Source: Bacteroidales bacterium UBA4459 (GTDB lineage Bacteria; Bacteroidota; Bacteroidia; Bacteroidales; F082). From it: a stretch of 33,045 nucleotides of DNA. Shown here piece after piece: positions 14,319 to 22,758 of the stretch. A model generated the notes under the pieces. That model was given only the letters and a program-made list of their open reading frames with translations, did not search any database and was not told the origin of the DNA. Each line of letters starts with the position of its first letter. Position 1 is the stretch's first letter. Location of the stretch: the NCBI GenBank assembly GCA_002389465.1, contig DGOT01000085.1, forward strand, positions 1 through 33,045, read 5' to 3'. The translations under genes and the position numbers were made by a program.

Positions 14319-15932
14319 TTAAACCAGGCTTTTATTCTTCTTAAGAATGCCATTTACAATGGAAATTAATAGGAGGGAAATGCTGATGAATACCGACACA
14401 CGAGCAATATAGTCACCGTTTTTAACATAATATGTCAATTTGTCGTTCACATTGATTTGTTGGCTGATTACAGCAGGCTCCCAATAGGCGGTTTCTTGAA
14501 AGACGTCGCCACGTTGATTGATAAATGCCGAAATTCCGGTATTTGCCGAACGGGCAACACTTCGGCGCGTTTCAATGGCCCTCAGCACCGAAAAGAGAAA
14601 ATGTTGCCGGTGACCGGGCGTATTTCCCCACCAACCGTCGTTAGTGATGACAAAGATGAAACCAGCGCCTTCGTTGATAGTATGTGCCACAAATTCGCCA
14701 TAAACCGATTCGTAACAGATAACAGGAGCTACTTTGCGGTTTTGTTGGTCGGTTAAAACAAAAATTTTGTTGTCGGTTCCCAGCGAACCTATGGTGCCAC
14801 CCAAATCAATAGCCAGATTTTCGAGTGGTTTTAAAATACCCCACGAAGGCATGTTCTCCACTCCCGGTGTGAGTTTCGATTTGTGATATAATTGTATTTG
14901 GGAAGAAGTATCAATTAAAAGAGCTGTATTGTATGCGTAATAATAATTATCAGTATCGGAAAATCGGCGGGCAGCATGGTTTCTCTTTTCGCTTTTTTTA
15001 ATTTCCCGGTAGGTGGAAGCACCAATCACGATGGATAGCTGTGGATGTTCTTCTGTATATTGTTTGAGTTTGCTGATGAGGGGGGACCATTCGATATGGC
15101 TTTCCCAGATACTGTTACTGCCACCATACAGGGTTGACTCAGGAAACACTATAAAATCAGTTGTTTCCGCAACCTTCATGTCTGCCAACGCAAGATTTTT
15201 CTCAAGAAGCACTAGGGGATCTTTGTTGTATTGCTCGTTATAAGGATCCGTATTGGGCTGTACCACAACCACTTCTATAGGGTCTTCTTTTTCCGTGTAC
15301 TTATCGTACATGATAAACGAAACAATGATCGGTACAAACAGCAGCAGTACAAGCAATACCCTGTTGGCATTCAGCCGCATACCGGTTACCTGTTTAAGCC
15401 CAAGCTCGATAATATGGTAAGCCACAATATTTACAATAATAACCCAGGCGGTACCTCCCAACGTTCCGGTGTATTCATACCACTGGATCCATTTCGGGGT
15501 GGAAGCGAATACATTGCCGAGGTTGAGCCACGACCATGTGAGTTCCCAGTTCATATGGAAATACTCCCAACTGATCCAGTAAAACAACAGAATAAAGAAA
15601 CCCGTCCGGTTTTGTGAGAACCATATTTTACTTCGGTGGAAAAGGTAAAAAACAACTGCCACGAAAAGAGAGTTCAGAGCAATGGCCAGGATAGAGCCCA
15701 CATCGGTTGAGTACCATATCCACCAGGTGGTTAATGCGTTCCAGATAAAAAATGAAAGCCAGGCATACCAGAACATGCCTTTTTTTTTCGCGTCGCCCAG
15801 ATACTGTTGAATGAACAACAATGGAACGAAGGCGACAAAAATCAACGGGGCCAGACCATGTTCGGGCCAAGAGACAGCTAACAGAAGTCCGCTTAGCAGG
15901 GATAATAAAAACAAATGAACCCGTTTCATCAA
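14319..15932 (-). CDS. lnt: Apolipoprotein N-acyltransferase
   Basis: 537 aa with a multi-TM N-terminal half. The C-terminal CN-hydrolase domain has candidate E-K-C triad contexts (IVFPES, YHKSKLTPG, PVICYES). Confidence 0.85.
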   Translation of the reverse strand: MMKRVHLFLLSLLSGLLLAVSWPEHGLAPLIFVAFVPLLFIQQYLGDAKKKGMFWYAWLSFFIWNALTTWWIWYSTDVGSILAIALNSLFVAVVFYLFHRSKIWFSQNRTGFFILLFYWISWEYFHMNWELTWSWLNLGNVFASTPKWIQWYEYTGTLGGTAWVIIVNIVAYHIIELGLKQVTGMRLNANRVLLVLLLFVPIIVSFIMYDKYTEKEDPIEVVVVQPNTDPYNEQYNKDPLVLLEKNLALADMKVAETTDFIVFPESTLYGGSNSIWESHIEWSPLISKLKQYTEEHPQLSIVIGASTYREIKKSEKRNHAARRFSDTDNYYYAYNTALLIDTSSQIQLYHKSKLTPGVENMPSWGILKPLENLAIDLGGTIGSLGTDNKIFVLTDQQNRKVAPVICYESVYGEFVAHTINEGAGFIFVITNDGWWGNTPGHRQHFLFSVLRAIETRRSVARSANTGISAFINQRGDVFQETAYWEPAVISQQINVNDKLTYYVKNGDYIARVSVFISISLLLISIVNGILKKNKSLV

Positions 15933-16014
15933 TTTAATAGTTGAAGTGCTAATTTAATTCAATTATTCATACATCCGGGAAGCCTTTGTTAAGTTGTTGT
16001 TAAAGTTGGAGTTC

Positions 16015-16878
16015 TTAAACAGGGAGGTTTTCTTGCAGGAATGCTGTCACTTTAGTCCAAAACCCTTTTTCGTGATGGCAATCCGAGTGCCCTCTGTCGG
16101 GCTGATTCCATAAATGAACTTTTCCTTCTTTACCTGCCCGGTACAATTTTTCGGCCTGTTTATAAGGAACCGTAACGTCTTTTTCACCGTGGATCAGTAA
16201 AAATACGGCCTCAGAATTATGGATGTGTTTTTGCGGAGCGATGTCAGAAAATTTAAAACCTACTTTATGCTCCAGATAGCTTAAGGTCAGCTTAATGATC
16301 GGCGTGGGAATGTAATGATCGCGTAGCTGTTTTATCATCACTTCGCGCGGGTTGGCGAAAGCCCCAACGGTGATAACGGCTCTGATACGCTCATCATGTG
16401 CTGCTGCATAGATGGAAGCCGCCCCTCCAATAGAAAGGCCGATGAGGCCTATTCTGCTGTCATGAATGAACCCTTTTTCAAAACCATGATCAATAACTGA
16501 CCGGATATCTTCAGCGAATTTCAACATGGTCGAAAAACTATCTTTATCACTGCTGCCATGGTTTCTCGAATCAAACGCAATCAGGTTGAAGCCTTTCTCG
16601 TGCAAATTTCTGATGTACGGCATCATCCGTCCGGCATTCCGGCCCCAGCCATGTATCAGGATGATAGTCGGCGCTGCATTGTTGCCGGGGATCCACCAGC
16701 CGTAAAGTACTGTATTGTTGTTTGCCGGAATCTGTATCTCTTCAAACGGAATGTCAAAATCATCCGGAGTTTTGTCGTGTATTCTGACCGGATTTTTAAA
16801 TGATTTTGTGATCATTAGAAATAGTCCCAATGAGGCGGCCAGAAGAAATAAAAATATCCAGACAAATATCATAGCCAT
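16015..16878 (-). CDS. Alpha/beta-fold hydrolase, N-terminally membrane-anchored
   Basis: 287 aa with an N-terminal TM helix, an HGWG oxyanion-type motif (ILIHGWGRN), a nucleophile elbow GLSIGG, and a C-terminal HGEKD...H pattern consistent with a Ser-Asp-His triad. Confidence 0.8.
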   Translation of the reverse strand: MAMIFVWIFLFLLAASLGLFLMITKSFKNPVRIHDKTPDDFDIPFEEIQIPANNNTVLYGWWIPGNNAAPTIILIHGWGRNAGRMMPYIRNLHEKGFNLIAFDSRNHGSSDKDSFSTMLKFAEDIRSVIDHGFEKGFIHDSRIGLIGLSIGGAASIYAAAHDERIRAVITVGAFANPREVMIKQLRDHYIPTPIIKLTLSYLEHKVGFKFSDIAPQKHIHNSEAVFLLIHGEKDVTVPYKQAEKLYRAGKEGKVHLWNQPDRGHSDCHHEKGFWTKVTAFLQENLPV

Positions 16879-16881
16879 GCT

Positions 16882-18081
16882 TTAATACAAAAAGTCGTTA
16901 TACGGATATCTGACGGAATGAACATCGCGAATGTGGTTGTAAAGCATGTCTTTGAATGCTTTAAAATTTTCTTTGGTTTTAGCTGAAAGAAAAATACACG
17001 GATGGTTGTCTTTGGCCATCCAGCTTGTTTTCAACTCTTCCAGGCTGATATTTTCTCTGGTAGCCGGTGTCAGGTCATCCTCCTCCTTTTCAATAAAGGT
17101 GTAAGCATCAATTTTATTAAACGCCATGATTACCGTTTTGTCGCCGGCACCAATCTCTGCCAGCGTTTTATTTACCGTTTTAATCTGGTCTTCAAATTCG
17201 GGATGCGAAATGTCCACCACATGCACAAGGATATCTGATTCACGCACCTCATCCAGGGTAGATTTGAACGACTCCACCAGCCCGTGCGGCAGCTTTCGTA
17301 TAAAGCCGACGGTGTCAGATAACAGAAACGGCAGGTTTTCAATAACAACTTTTCTAACTGTCGTGTCCAGTGTGGCGAACAATTTATTTTCGGCAAAGAT
17401 GTCCGACTTGCTGATGAGGTTCATCAAGGTAGATTTCCCCACATTAGTATAACCCACCAGTGCAACCCGCACCAGTTTCCCTCTGTTTTTACGCTGGGTG
17501 GCTTTTTGCTTGTCAATCTGTACCAGTTTCTTTTTCAGCAGGGCTATTTTATCGCGGATGATCCGGCGGTCGGTTTCAATTTCTGTTTCTCCGGGTCCGC
17601 GGAGGCCAATACCTCCCCGCTGCCGCTCAAGGTGCGTCCACATACGAGTCAGTCGGGGTAATAAATACTGGTATTGAGCCAGTTCCACCTGCACTTTGGC
17701 ATGAGCCGTCTGGGCACGTTTGGCAAAAATGTCGAGGATCAGGTTGGTGCGGTCGAGGATTTTGCATTCCAACATCTTTTCCAGGTTACGGATCTGTGAA
17801 GGGCCCAACTCATCGTCAAATACTACCAGGTCAATTTCCGCCGCTTTCACGTACTGCATGATCTCTTCCAGTTTGCCACTGCCCACAAATGTTTTGGAAT
17901 TGGCAGTGGACAATGCCTGCAGAAAACGGGCTTCCACTTCGCCACCGGCTGTCTGAACCAGAAAGGCCAGTTCATCAAGGTATTCATCTGCTTTCTTTCT
18001 GTCAATGTTGGCAGTGATCAGACCGACCAGCACCGCTCGTTCAGGCTGTTGTTTAAGGCTGTTCTCTTTTTTCTCCAGCAT
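16882..18081 (-). CDS. hflX: GTPase HflX
   Basis: 399 aa with an HflX-type N-terminal domain (ERAVLVGL...DELAFLVQTAGG) and G motifs GYTNVGKST (G1), DTVGF (G3) and NKID (G4). Confidence 0.9.
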   Translation of the reverse strand: MLEKKENSLKQQPERAVLVGLITANIDRKKADEYLDELAFLVQTAGGEVEARFLQALSTANSKTFVGSGKLEEIMQYVKAAEIDLVVFDDELGPSQIRNLEKMLECKILDRTNLILDIFAKRAQTAHAKVQVELAQYQYLLPRLTRMWTHLERQRGGIGLRGPGETEIETDRRIIRDKIALLKKKLVQIDKQKATQRKNRGKLVRVALVGYTNVGKSTLMNLISKSDIFAENKLFATLDTTVRKVVIENLPFLLSDTVGFIRKLPHGLVESFKSTLDEVRESDILVHVVDISHPEFEDQIKTVNKTLAEIGAGDKTVIMAFNKIDAYTFIEKEEDDLTPATRENISLEELKTSWMAKDNHPCIFLSAKTKENFKAFKDMLYNHIRDVHSVRYPYNDFLY

Positions 18082-18104
18082 TTTTTCTTCCGCTTCAAGC
18101 CCTG

Positions 18105-19112
18105 TTAGTAAATTTTTCTGTAACCAATTATCTCCCGTACTTCACGGACGGTTTTTATAGCGCTTTCATTTGCTTTTTCTGCCCCCATAGCCATCAGCTT
18201 TTTAATATAAGCATCATCGGAAGAGAGCGCCTTGATCTTTTCACGGAAGGGTTCTGTAAAGGCAATAACATCTTCAGCCAGCTGTTTTTTCAGATCACCA
18301 TACCGGATTGTACAATTGTTATATGCCTCATCAAAATGTTTAATAACATCCGGTTTTGACACCACTTCCATTAAAGAGAATAAATTTTGAATGGGCTCGG
18401 GCTTTATCTGGTTCATCTCAGTAGGTCCGCTGTCCGTTACCGCCCGCATCACTTTTTTGCGGATGGAAGCAGGGTCTTCGCCAAGGAAAACAGCATTGCC
18501 TTCACCCTCCGATTTACCCATCTTTCCACTTCCGTCAAGTCCGGGTATTTTAACCAGTTTGTCGCTGAAATTAAATGCACGTGGTATGGGGAAGTAATCT
18601 ACCTTATACATACGGTTGAAACGGCGGGCGAAAGTGCGGGTCATTTCCAGGTTTTGCTCCTGGTCTTTGCCAACGGGTACCAAATGAGATTTATGAATGA
18701 GAATATCGGCAGCCATCAGCGTGGGATAGGTGAGCAGGCCGGCATTGACATTACTGGGTTGTTTGCGTGCTTTTTCCTTAAAAGTGGTCACCCTTTCCAA
18801 TTCGCCGAGGTAGGCATTCATATTCAGGAAAAGGTATAACTCGGCAACAACAGGCACATCGCTCTGCACATATAAGGTAGCTTTTTCGGGATCCAATCCG
18901 GCTGCCAGGTATTCAACAAAAACCTGCTTTACATTTTGTTGTAGGTGATCGGGTTTGGGGTGCGTGGTCAGCATGTGGTAGTCAGCAATGAAAAAGAAAC
19001 ACTCGTTGGTTTCCTGCATCTTTACAAAGTTCTTCACAGCTCCAAAGTAATTACCCAGATGTAAATTTCCTGTGGGACGAATACCGCTTAATACAATTGC
19101 CTTTTTTTCCAT
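18105..19112 (-). CDS. trpS: Tryptophan--tRNA ligase
   Basis: 335 aa with a class I HIGH-type motif (GIRPTGNLHLGNYFG) and a KMSKS-type motif (KMGKS). The overall pattern is typical of bacterial TrpRS. Confidence 0.93.
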   Translation of the reverse strand: MEKKAIVLSGIRPTGNLHLGNYFGAVKNFVKMQETNECFFFIADYHMLTTHPKPDHLQQNVKQVFVEYLAAGLDPEKATLYVQSDVPVVAELYLFLNMNAYLGELERVTTFKEKARKQPSNVNAGLLTYPTLMAADILIHKSHLVPVGKDQEQNLEMTRTFARRFNRMYKVDYFPIPRAFNFSDKLVKIPGLDGSGKMGKSEGEGNAVFLGEDPASIRKKVMRAVTDSGPTEMNQIKPEPIQNLFSLMEVVSKPDVIKHFDEAYNNCTIRYGDLKKQLAEDVIAFTEPFREKIKALSSDDAYIKKLMAMGAEKANESAIKTVREVREIIGYRKIY

Positions 19113-19117
19113 GGCGG

Positions 19118-19125
19118 CAAATTTA
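19118..19125 (-). promoter_or_regulatory. -7 promoter box (TAAATTTG on minus strand) 5 nt upstream of the trpS ATG
   Basis: The plus strand reads CAAATTTA at 19118-19125 and the start codon occupies 19110-19112. Confidence 0.4.
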
Positions 19126-19198
19126 GTAAATTAAGAACAAAAGGATAAAAAAAGAGAAGCCCTAAAGCCCCCCTTCCTACAATTCAACGAACGTTTAA

Positions 19199-19864
19199 TT
19201 ATTCATTGAGTTTCTTTTTCACGAGGTAGAAATCAACTTTCTCATCAAAATCACCGTCAATACGTTCCTGCATTTCGTCCAGAGTTTTTGGCGGTGGAAC
19301 GATTGCCAGTTGTCCTTTATTCCAGTCCAGTGGCAGGGCCACACCTTGTTTGTCGGATACCTGCAACGCGTAAAGTGCTCTCAGTATCTCATCCATATTT
19401 CGGCCTACATTCAACGGGTAATACATGATCAGGCGGATTTTTTTAGCGGGGTCTATAAAAAATACAGCACGTACGGCAGCGGTTTCGCTTTCATTGGGCT
19501 GTAACATTCCGTATAATTTCGATACGTTCATGTCGATGTCAGCAATAATCGGGAAGTCGAAATACACGCCGGTATTTTCCCTGACATTATTGACCCAGGC
19601 CAGGTGTGCATGAATACTATCGATGCTCAAACCCATAAGCTCAGTGTTCAGAGCATCAAATTCGCTTTTACGTGTGGCAAACCCACTCATTTCGGTTGTA
19701 CAAACCGGCGTGAAGTCAGCCGGATGCGAGAAGAGCACGATCCACTTGTCTTTGGCATACTCCGAGAGTTTGACAGGTCCTTTGGTAGTTACGGCTTCAA
19801 AATCAGGAGCCGTGTCGCCGATTCTCGGCATCTGGTTTACGGTAATATTCATTTCTTGTTCCAT
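19199..19864 (-). CDS. Peroxiredoxin (1-Cys Prx / Prx6-like)
   Basis: 221 aa with the peroxidatic Cys motif HPADFTPVCTTE. Length and C-terminal extension are typical of the Prx6 subgroup. It is divergent from oxyR. Confidence 0.9.
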   Translation of the reverse strand: MEQEMNITVNQMPRIGDTAPDFEAVTTKGPVKLSEYAKDKWIVLFSHPADFTPVCTTEMSGFATRKSEFDALNTELMGLSIDSIHAHLAWVNNVRENTGVYFDFPIIADIDMNVSKLYGMLQPNESETAAVRAVFFIDPAKKIRLIMYYPLNVGRNMDEILRALYALQVSDKQGVALPLDWNKGQLAIVPPPKTLDEMQERIDGDFDEKVDFYLVKKKLNE

Positions 19865-19964
19865 GATAATTTATTTTTTTAGTTATTAAATTTATTTTCT
19901 GTTTTGCTGAGGCAAAGATGCGCATAGTTGTAACATAAGTCAAATCAATAATATTTATTATATC

Positions 19965-19979
19965 ATAGATATTGTCTAT
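19965..19979. promoter_or_regulatory. LysR/OxyR-type box ATAG-N7-CTAT in the prx-oxyR divergent intergenic region
   Basis: ATAGATATTGTCTAT was read directly. It matches the ATAGnt-N7-anCTAT half of the enterobacterial OxyR motif and the generic LysR T-N11-A pattern. It overlaps the candidate oxyR -7 box. Confidence 0.4.
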
Positions 19980-19984
19980 ATTTG
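19977..19984 (+). promoter_or_regulatory. -7 promoter box (TATATTTG) 4 nt upstream of the oxyR ATG
   Basis: Exact TAnnTTTG, with the ATG at 19989. Confidence 0.4.
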
Positions 19985-19988
19985 TCAC

Positions 19989-20927
19989 ATGATAACATTT
20001 ATTCAACTGGAATACATCACGGCACTCGACACTTACAGGCATTTTGCCACAGCCGCCGATAAGTGTTTTGTCACGCAACCGACACTGAGCATGCAGATCA
20101 AAAAACTGGAAGAGGAATTGGAGGTAGTACTTTTCGACCGGACTAAACAACCGGTTATCCCGACTGAACAGGGAAAGCAGGTAATTGCACAAGCACGGGT
20201 AGTGTTGCAGGAAGCGGCAAAAATAGAAAACCTAATCAACGATCTAAAGCAACAGGTAAAGGGTGTGTTACGGATAGGTTTGATCCCTACTGTTGCACCA
20301 TATCTTTTACCCCTGTTTGCCGGTAATTTCAAAGTAACTTATCCTGATGTTGAGCTTATTGTGGAAGAAGCCGTTACCGAAAAAATTGAAAAAATGTTGG
20401 AACAGGACACCCTGGACGTGGGAATTGTAGTCACTCCGCTACATAATAACCAGATTATAGAGCACCCAATATATTACGAGGAAATGCTCATTTATCACCA
20501 TGCCGGACATCCGGTGGCACAGCAACCTGTGATTAAAGTGAATGAAATTGATCCGAATGAGATTTGGCTGCTGGGCGATGGCCATTGTTTCCGCAACCAG
20601 GTGATCAATTTTTGTGATCTTAAAAATATAAAAACCAGTCAGCTACCCTTTAAATTTGAAGCCGGTTCGATAGATACGCTGATGAAGATAATTGACCGGG
20701 AGGGCGGCTACACACTGATCCCCGAACTGGCGGCTTTGGAAAAAGAAGGATCGAAACAGATAAAGAGTTTTGATGGCATCACTCCCTTGCGCGAAGTGAG
20801 CCTGGTTTACACACGTAAGTTCGCCAAAACCCGGCTGATCGAATTGCTGGCCGAAAGTATAAAACAATCCGTACCGGGAAAACTTTTGGACAGAGAAAGA
20901 GGTTCGGTGGTAGAGTGGAGGGAATAA
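19989..20927 (+). CDS. oxyR: LysR-family redox-sensing transcriptional regulator OxyR
   Basis: 312 aa with a LysR wHTH N-terminus (IQLEYITALDTYRHFATAADKCFVTQPTLSMQIKKLEEEL). It has a Cys-x8-Cys pair in GDGHCFRNQVINFC, equivalent to the OxyR C199/C208 redox switch, and is divergent from a peroxiredoxin gene. Confidence 0.85.
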   Translation: MITFIQLEYITALDTYRHFATAADKCFVTQPTLSMQIKKLEEELEVVLFDRTKQPVIPTEQGKQVIAQARVVLQEAAKIENLINDLKQQVKGVLRIGLIPTVAPYLLPLFAGNFKVTYPDVELIVEEAVTEKIEKMLEQDTLDVGIVVTPLHNNQIIEHPIYYEEMLIYHHAGHPVAQQPVIKVNEIDPNEIWLLGDGHCFRNQVINFCDLKNIKTSQLPFKFEAGSIDTLMKIIDREGGYTLIPELAALEKEGSKQIKSFDGITPLREVSLVYTRKFAKTRLIELLAESIKQSVPGKLLDRERGSVVEWRE

Positions 20928-20950
20928 ACTTGACAATGTGTTCTAATCAT

Positions 20951-21730
20951 TCAGGCAAAAACAGCGGTTTTGAAGCCAGCTTGTTCCACCATTTTGGCAA
21001 TAGCTTTCAGTTCATCCTCACTCAATTTTTCAAGGTTGTCAGCCGGGGTACCCCGCTCAAATGTATAGATCATCACCGATTCAGGTTGTATTTTTTTGAC
21101 AAGATGCAACCATGCATCTAACTCTTCTGTCGTTGTATTGTCGCTGTATTGCCCGTTGTATTCGCCGCGGAAAAACAGAGTTTGCAGAATCAGCTTACCA
21201 TCAAAAGCAAGAAGGCCGTCAACAATCTTTTTAAAGCTGATGCCAGCAGCCGGCTGATTGATCAGGTAAAATGTTTTTTCAATGCCGCTGTCCAGTTTCT
21301 GGATATTCAGCTCGATCTTTTTTAATGCTTCAACTACTACCGGCTTATGTAACATACTGGCATTTGAAAGAACACTGATTTTTGCTTTCGGCGCATATTG
21401 GTTACGGATATTGATCGTGTCATCAATAATGGCTGCAAAGTCGGGGTGTACCGTAGGTTCGCCGTTACCGGCAAACGTAATGGTGTCCGGTTCGTTGACG
21501 GTGCCTTTTAACTCTTTGAGCTTTTCGGTGAGGCGTGCAATCAACTTTTCCCTTTTGGGCAAAATAATCTTTTCCCCTTTTTTGATTTCCGTCCACCCGC
21601 ATTCGCAGTAAATGCAATTGAAATTGCAGTATTTACTGTTGTCGGGCAGGAGATTGATGCCCAATGAAACACCCAGCCGCCTGCTGTAAACAGGCCCGAA
21701 AACCACTTTATCAAATAAAAATCCTGCCAC
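20951..21730 (-). CDS. Radical SAM enzyme, function unknown
   Basis: 259 aa with an apparent GTG start. It has the CxxxCxxC cluster motif (CNFNCIYCECGW) preceded by GPVYSRRLGVSLGINLLP, and a GNGEP SAM-binding-type motif. Confidence 0.8.
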   Translation of the reverse strand: MAGFLFDKVVFGPVYSRRLGVSLGINLLPDNSKYCNFNCIYCECGWTEIKKGEKIILPKREKLIARLTEKLKELKGTVNEPDTITFAGNGEPTVHPDFAAIIDDTINIRNQYAPKAKISVLSNASMLHKPVVVEALKKIELNIQKLDSGIEKTFYLINQPAAGISFKKIVDGLLAFDGKLILQTLFFRGEYNGQYSDNTTTEELDAWLHLVKKIQPESVMIYTFERGTPADNLEKLSEDELKAIAKMVEQAGFKTAVFA

Positions 21731-21745
21731 GGAAAATGTTTTTCA

Positions 21746-21753
21746 CAAAAATA
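21746..21753 (-). promoter_or_regulatory. -7 promoter box (TATTTTTG on minus strand) for the radical SAM gene
   Basis: The plus strand reads CAAAAATA, 15 nt upstream of the GTG at 21730. Confidence 0.35.
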
Positions 21754-21757
21754 GGTT

Positions 21758-21765
21758 TAAATTTG
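21758..21765 (+). promoter_or_regulatory. -7 promoter box (TAAATTTG) for the polyprenyl synthase gene
   Basis: Exact TAnnTTTG, 14 nt upstream of the ATG at 21780. It sits back-to-back with the minus-strand box 4 nt away. Confidence 0.4.
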
Positions 21766-21779
21766 ATTTTGATTCTGCC

Positions 21780-22751
21780 ATGAATAGCTTAAGCGATATA
21801 AAACGACCTGTTAAAGAAGAACTGGCTGCCTTTCAGAAGGTTTTCCGCCGTGCGGTAAAGTCTAAAGTACCTCTGCTGGATGTAATCATGCGCTATATTT
21901 TAAAATCGAAAGGAAAGCAGATGCGCCCCCTGATTGTTATTTACAGCGCCAAACTTTTCAACAATGTTAATGAATCCACGTACCGCGCAGCTACGCTGAT
22001 TGAACTGATGCATACGGCTACCCTCGTCCACGATGATGTGGTGGACGACTCTTCGCAGCGACGGGGCAGATTTTCGATCAATGCACTCTGGAAAAACAAG
22101 ATTGCCGTACTCGCGGGCGACTACCTGTTGTCGCGGGGACTGCTGGTAGCGCTTGAAAGCAAAGATTATCATTTGCTGGAGATCGTTTCGGGGGCAGTGA
22201 AAGAGATGAGTGAAGGGGAACTGCTACAGATTGAAAAAGCACGGAAACTGGATATTGAAGAAGATGTGTATTACGACATTATCCGTAAAAAGACCGCTTC
22301 CCTGCTGGCTTCATGTTTTGCCACCGGTGCTGCCTCGGCCTCTGCCGGTGTCGATGTGGAAAAGATGTGGAAAATCGGCGAACTGGCAGGTATGGCCTTC
22401 CAGATAAAAGACGACCTGTTTGATTTTTCCAAAGGGAATGCTACGGGCAAGCCCACGGGCATTGACATTAAAGAGAAAAAAATGACCCTCCCACTGATTT
22501 ATGCATTAAACAAAGTTTCCATAGCTGAAAAGCATAAAATGATCCGCATCGTAAAATACCACAACACGAGCAGGGAAAAAGTAGACTGGTTGATTGACCG
22601 GGTTGCGGAATCAGGTGGCATGGAATATGCCCGCAAAAAAATGCATGAGCTGACCGATGCGGCCATTGAACTGCTCTACGAATTTCCGGAAAACGAAGCA
22701 CGGCAGGCTCTTGAACAACTGATTGAATATTCCGTTGACCGGAAAAAATAA
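21780..22751 (+). CDS. Polyprenyl diphosphate synthase (trans-isoprenyl, IspB-like long-chain type)
   Basis: 323 aa with a first Asp-rich motif LVHDDVVDDSSQRRG and a second Asp-rich motif FQIKDDLFD. Confidence 0.9.
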   Translation: MNSLSDIKRPVKEELAAFQKVFRRAVKSKVPLLDVIMRYILKSKGKQMRPLIVIYSAKLFNNVNESTYRAATLIELMHTATLVHDDVVDDSSQRRGRFSINALWKNKIAVLAGDYLLSRGLLVALESKDYHLLEIVSGAVKEMSEGELLQIEKARKLDIEEDVYYDIIRKKTASLLASCFATGAASASAGVDVEKMWKIGELAGMAFQIKDDLFDFSKGNATGKPTGIDIKEKKMTLPLIYALNKVSIAEKHKMIRIVKYHNTSREKVDWLIDRVAESGGMEYARKKMHELTDAAIELLYEFPENEARQALEQLIEYSVDRKK

Positions 22752-22758
22752 TTCCTGA

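Noticed and set aside
15933-16014. Lnt RNA motif (a structured leader reported upstream of lnt in Chlorobi)
   Set aside because: The 82-nt spacer upstream of lnt shows no convincing stem-loops. lnt is probably co-transcribed with the upstream trpS-hflX-hydrolase genes.
15999-16016. Fourth partial copy of the island repeat core (GTTAAAGTTGGAGTTCTT versus GTTTAAAGTTCGGAGTTGTT) at the 3' end of the hydrolase gene
   Set aside because: It needs a gap and mismatches, is AT-rich, and overlaps a stop codon on the opposite strand. That is not distinguishable from chance without a genome-wide count.
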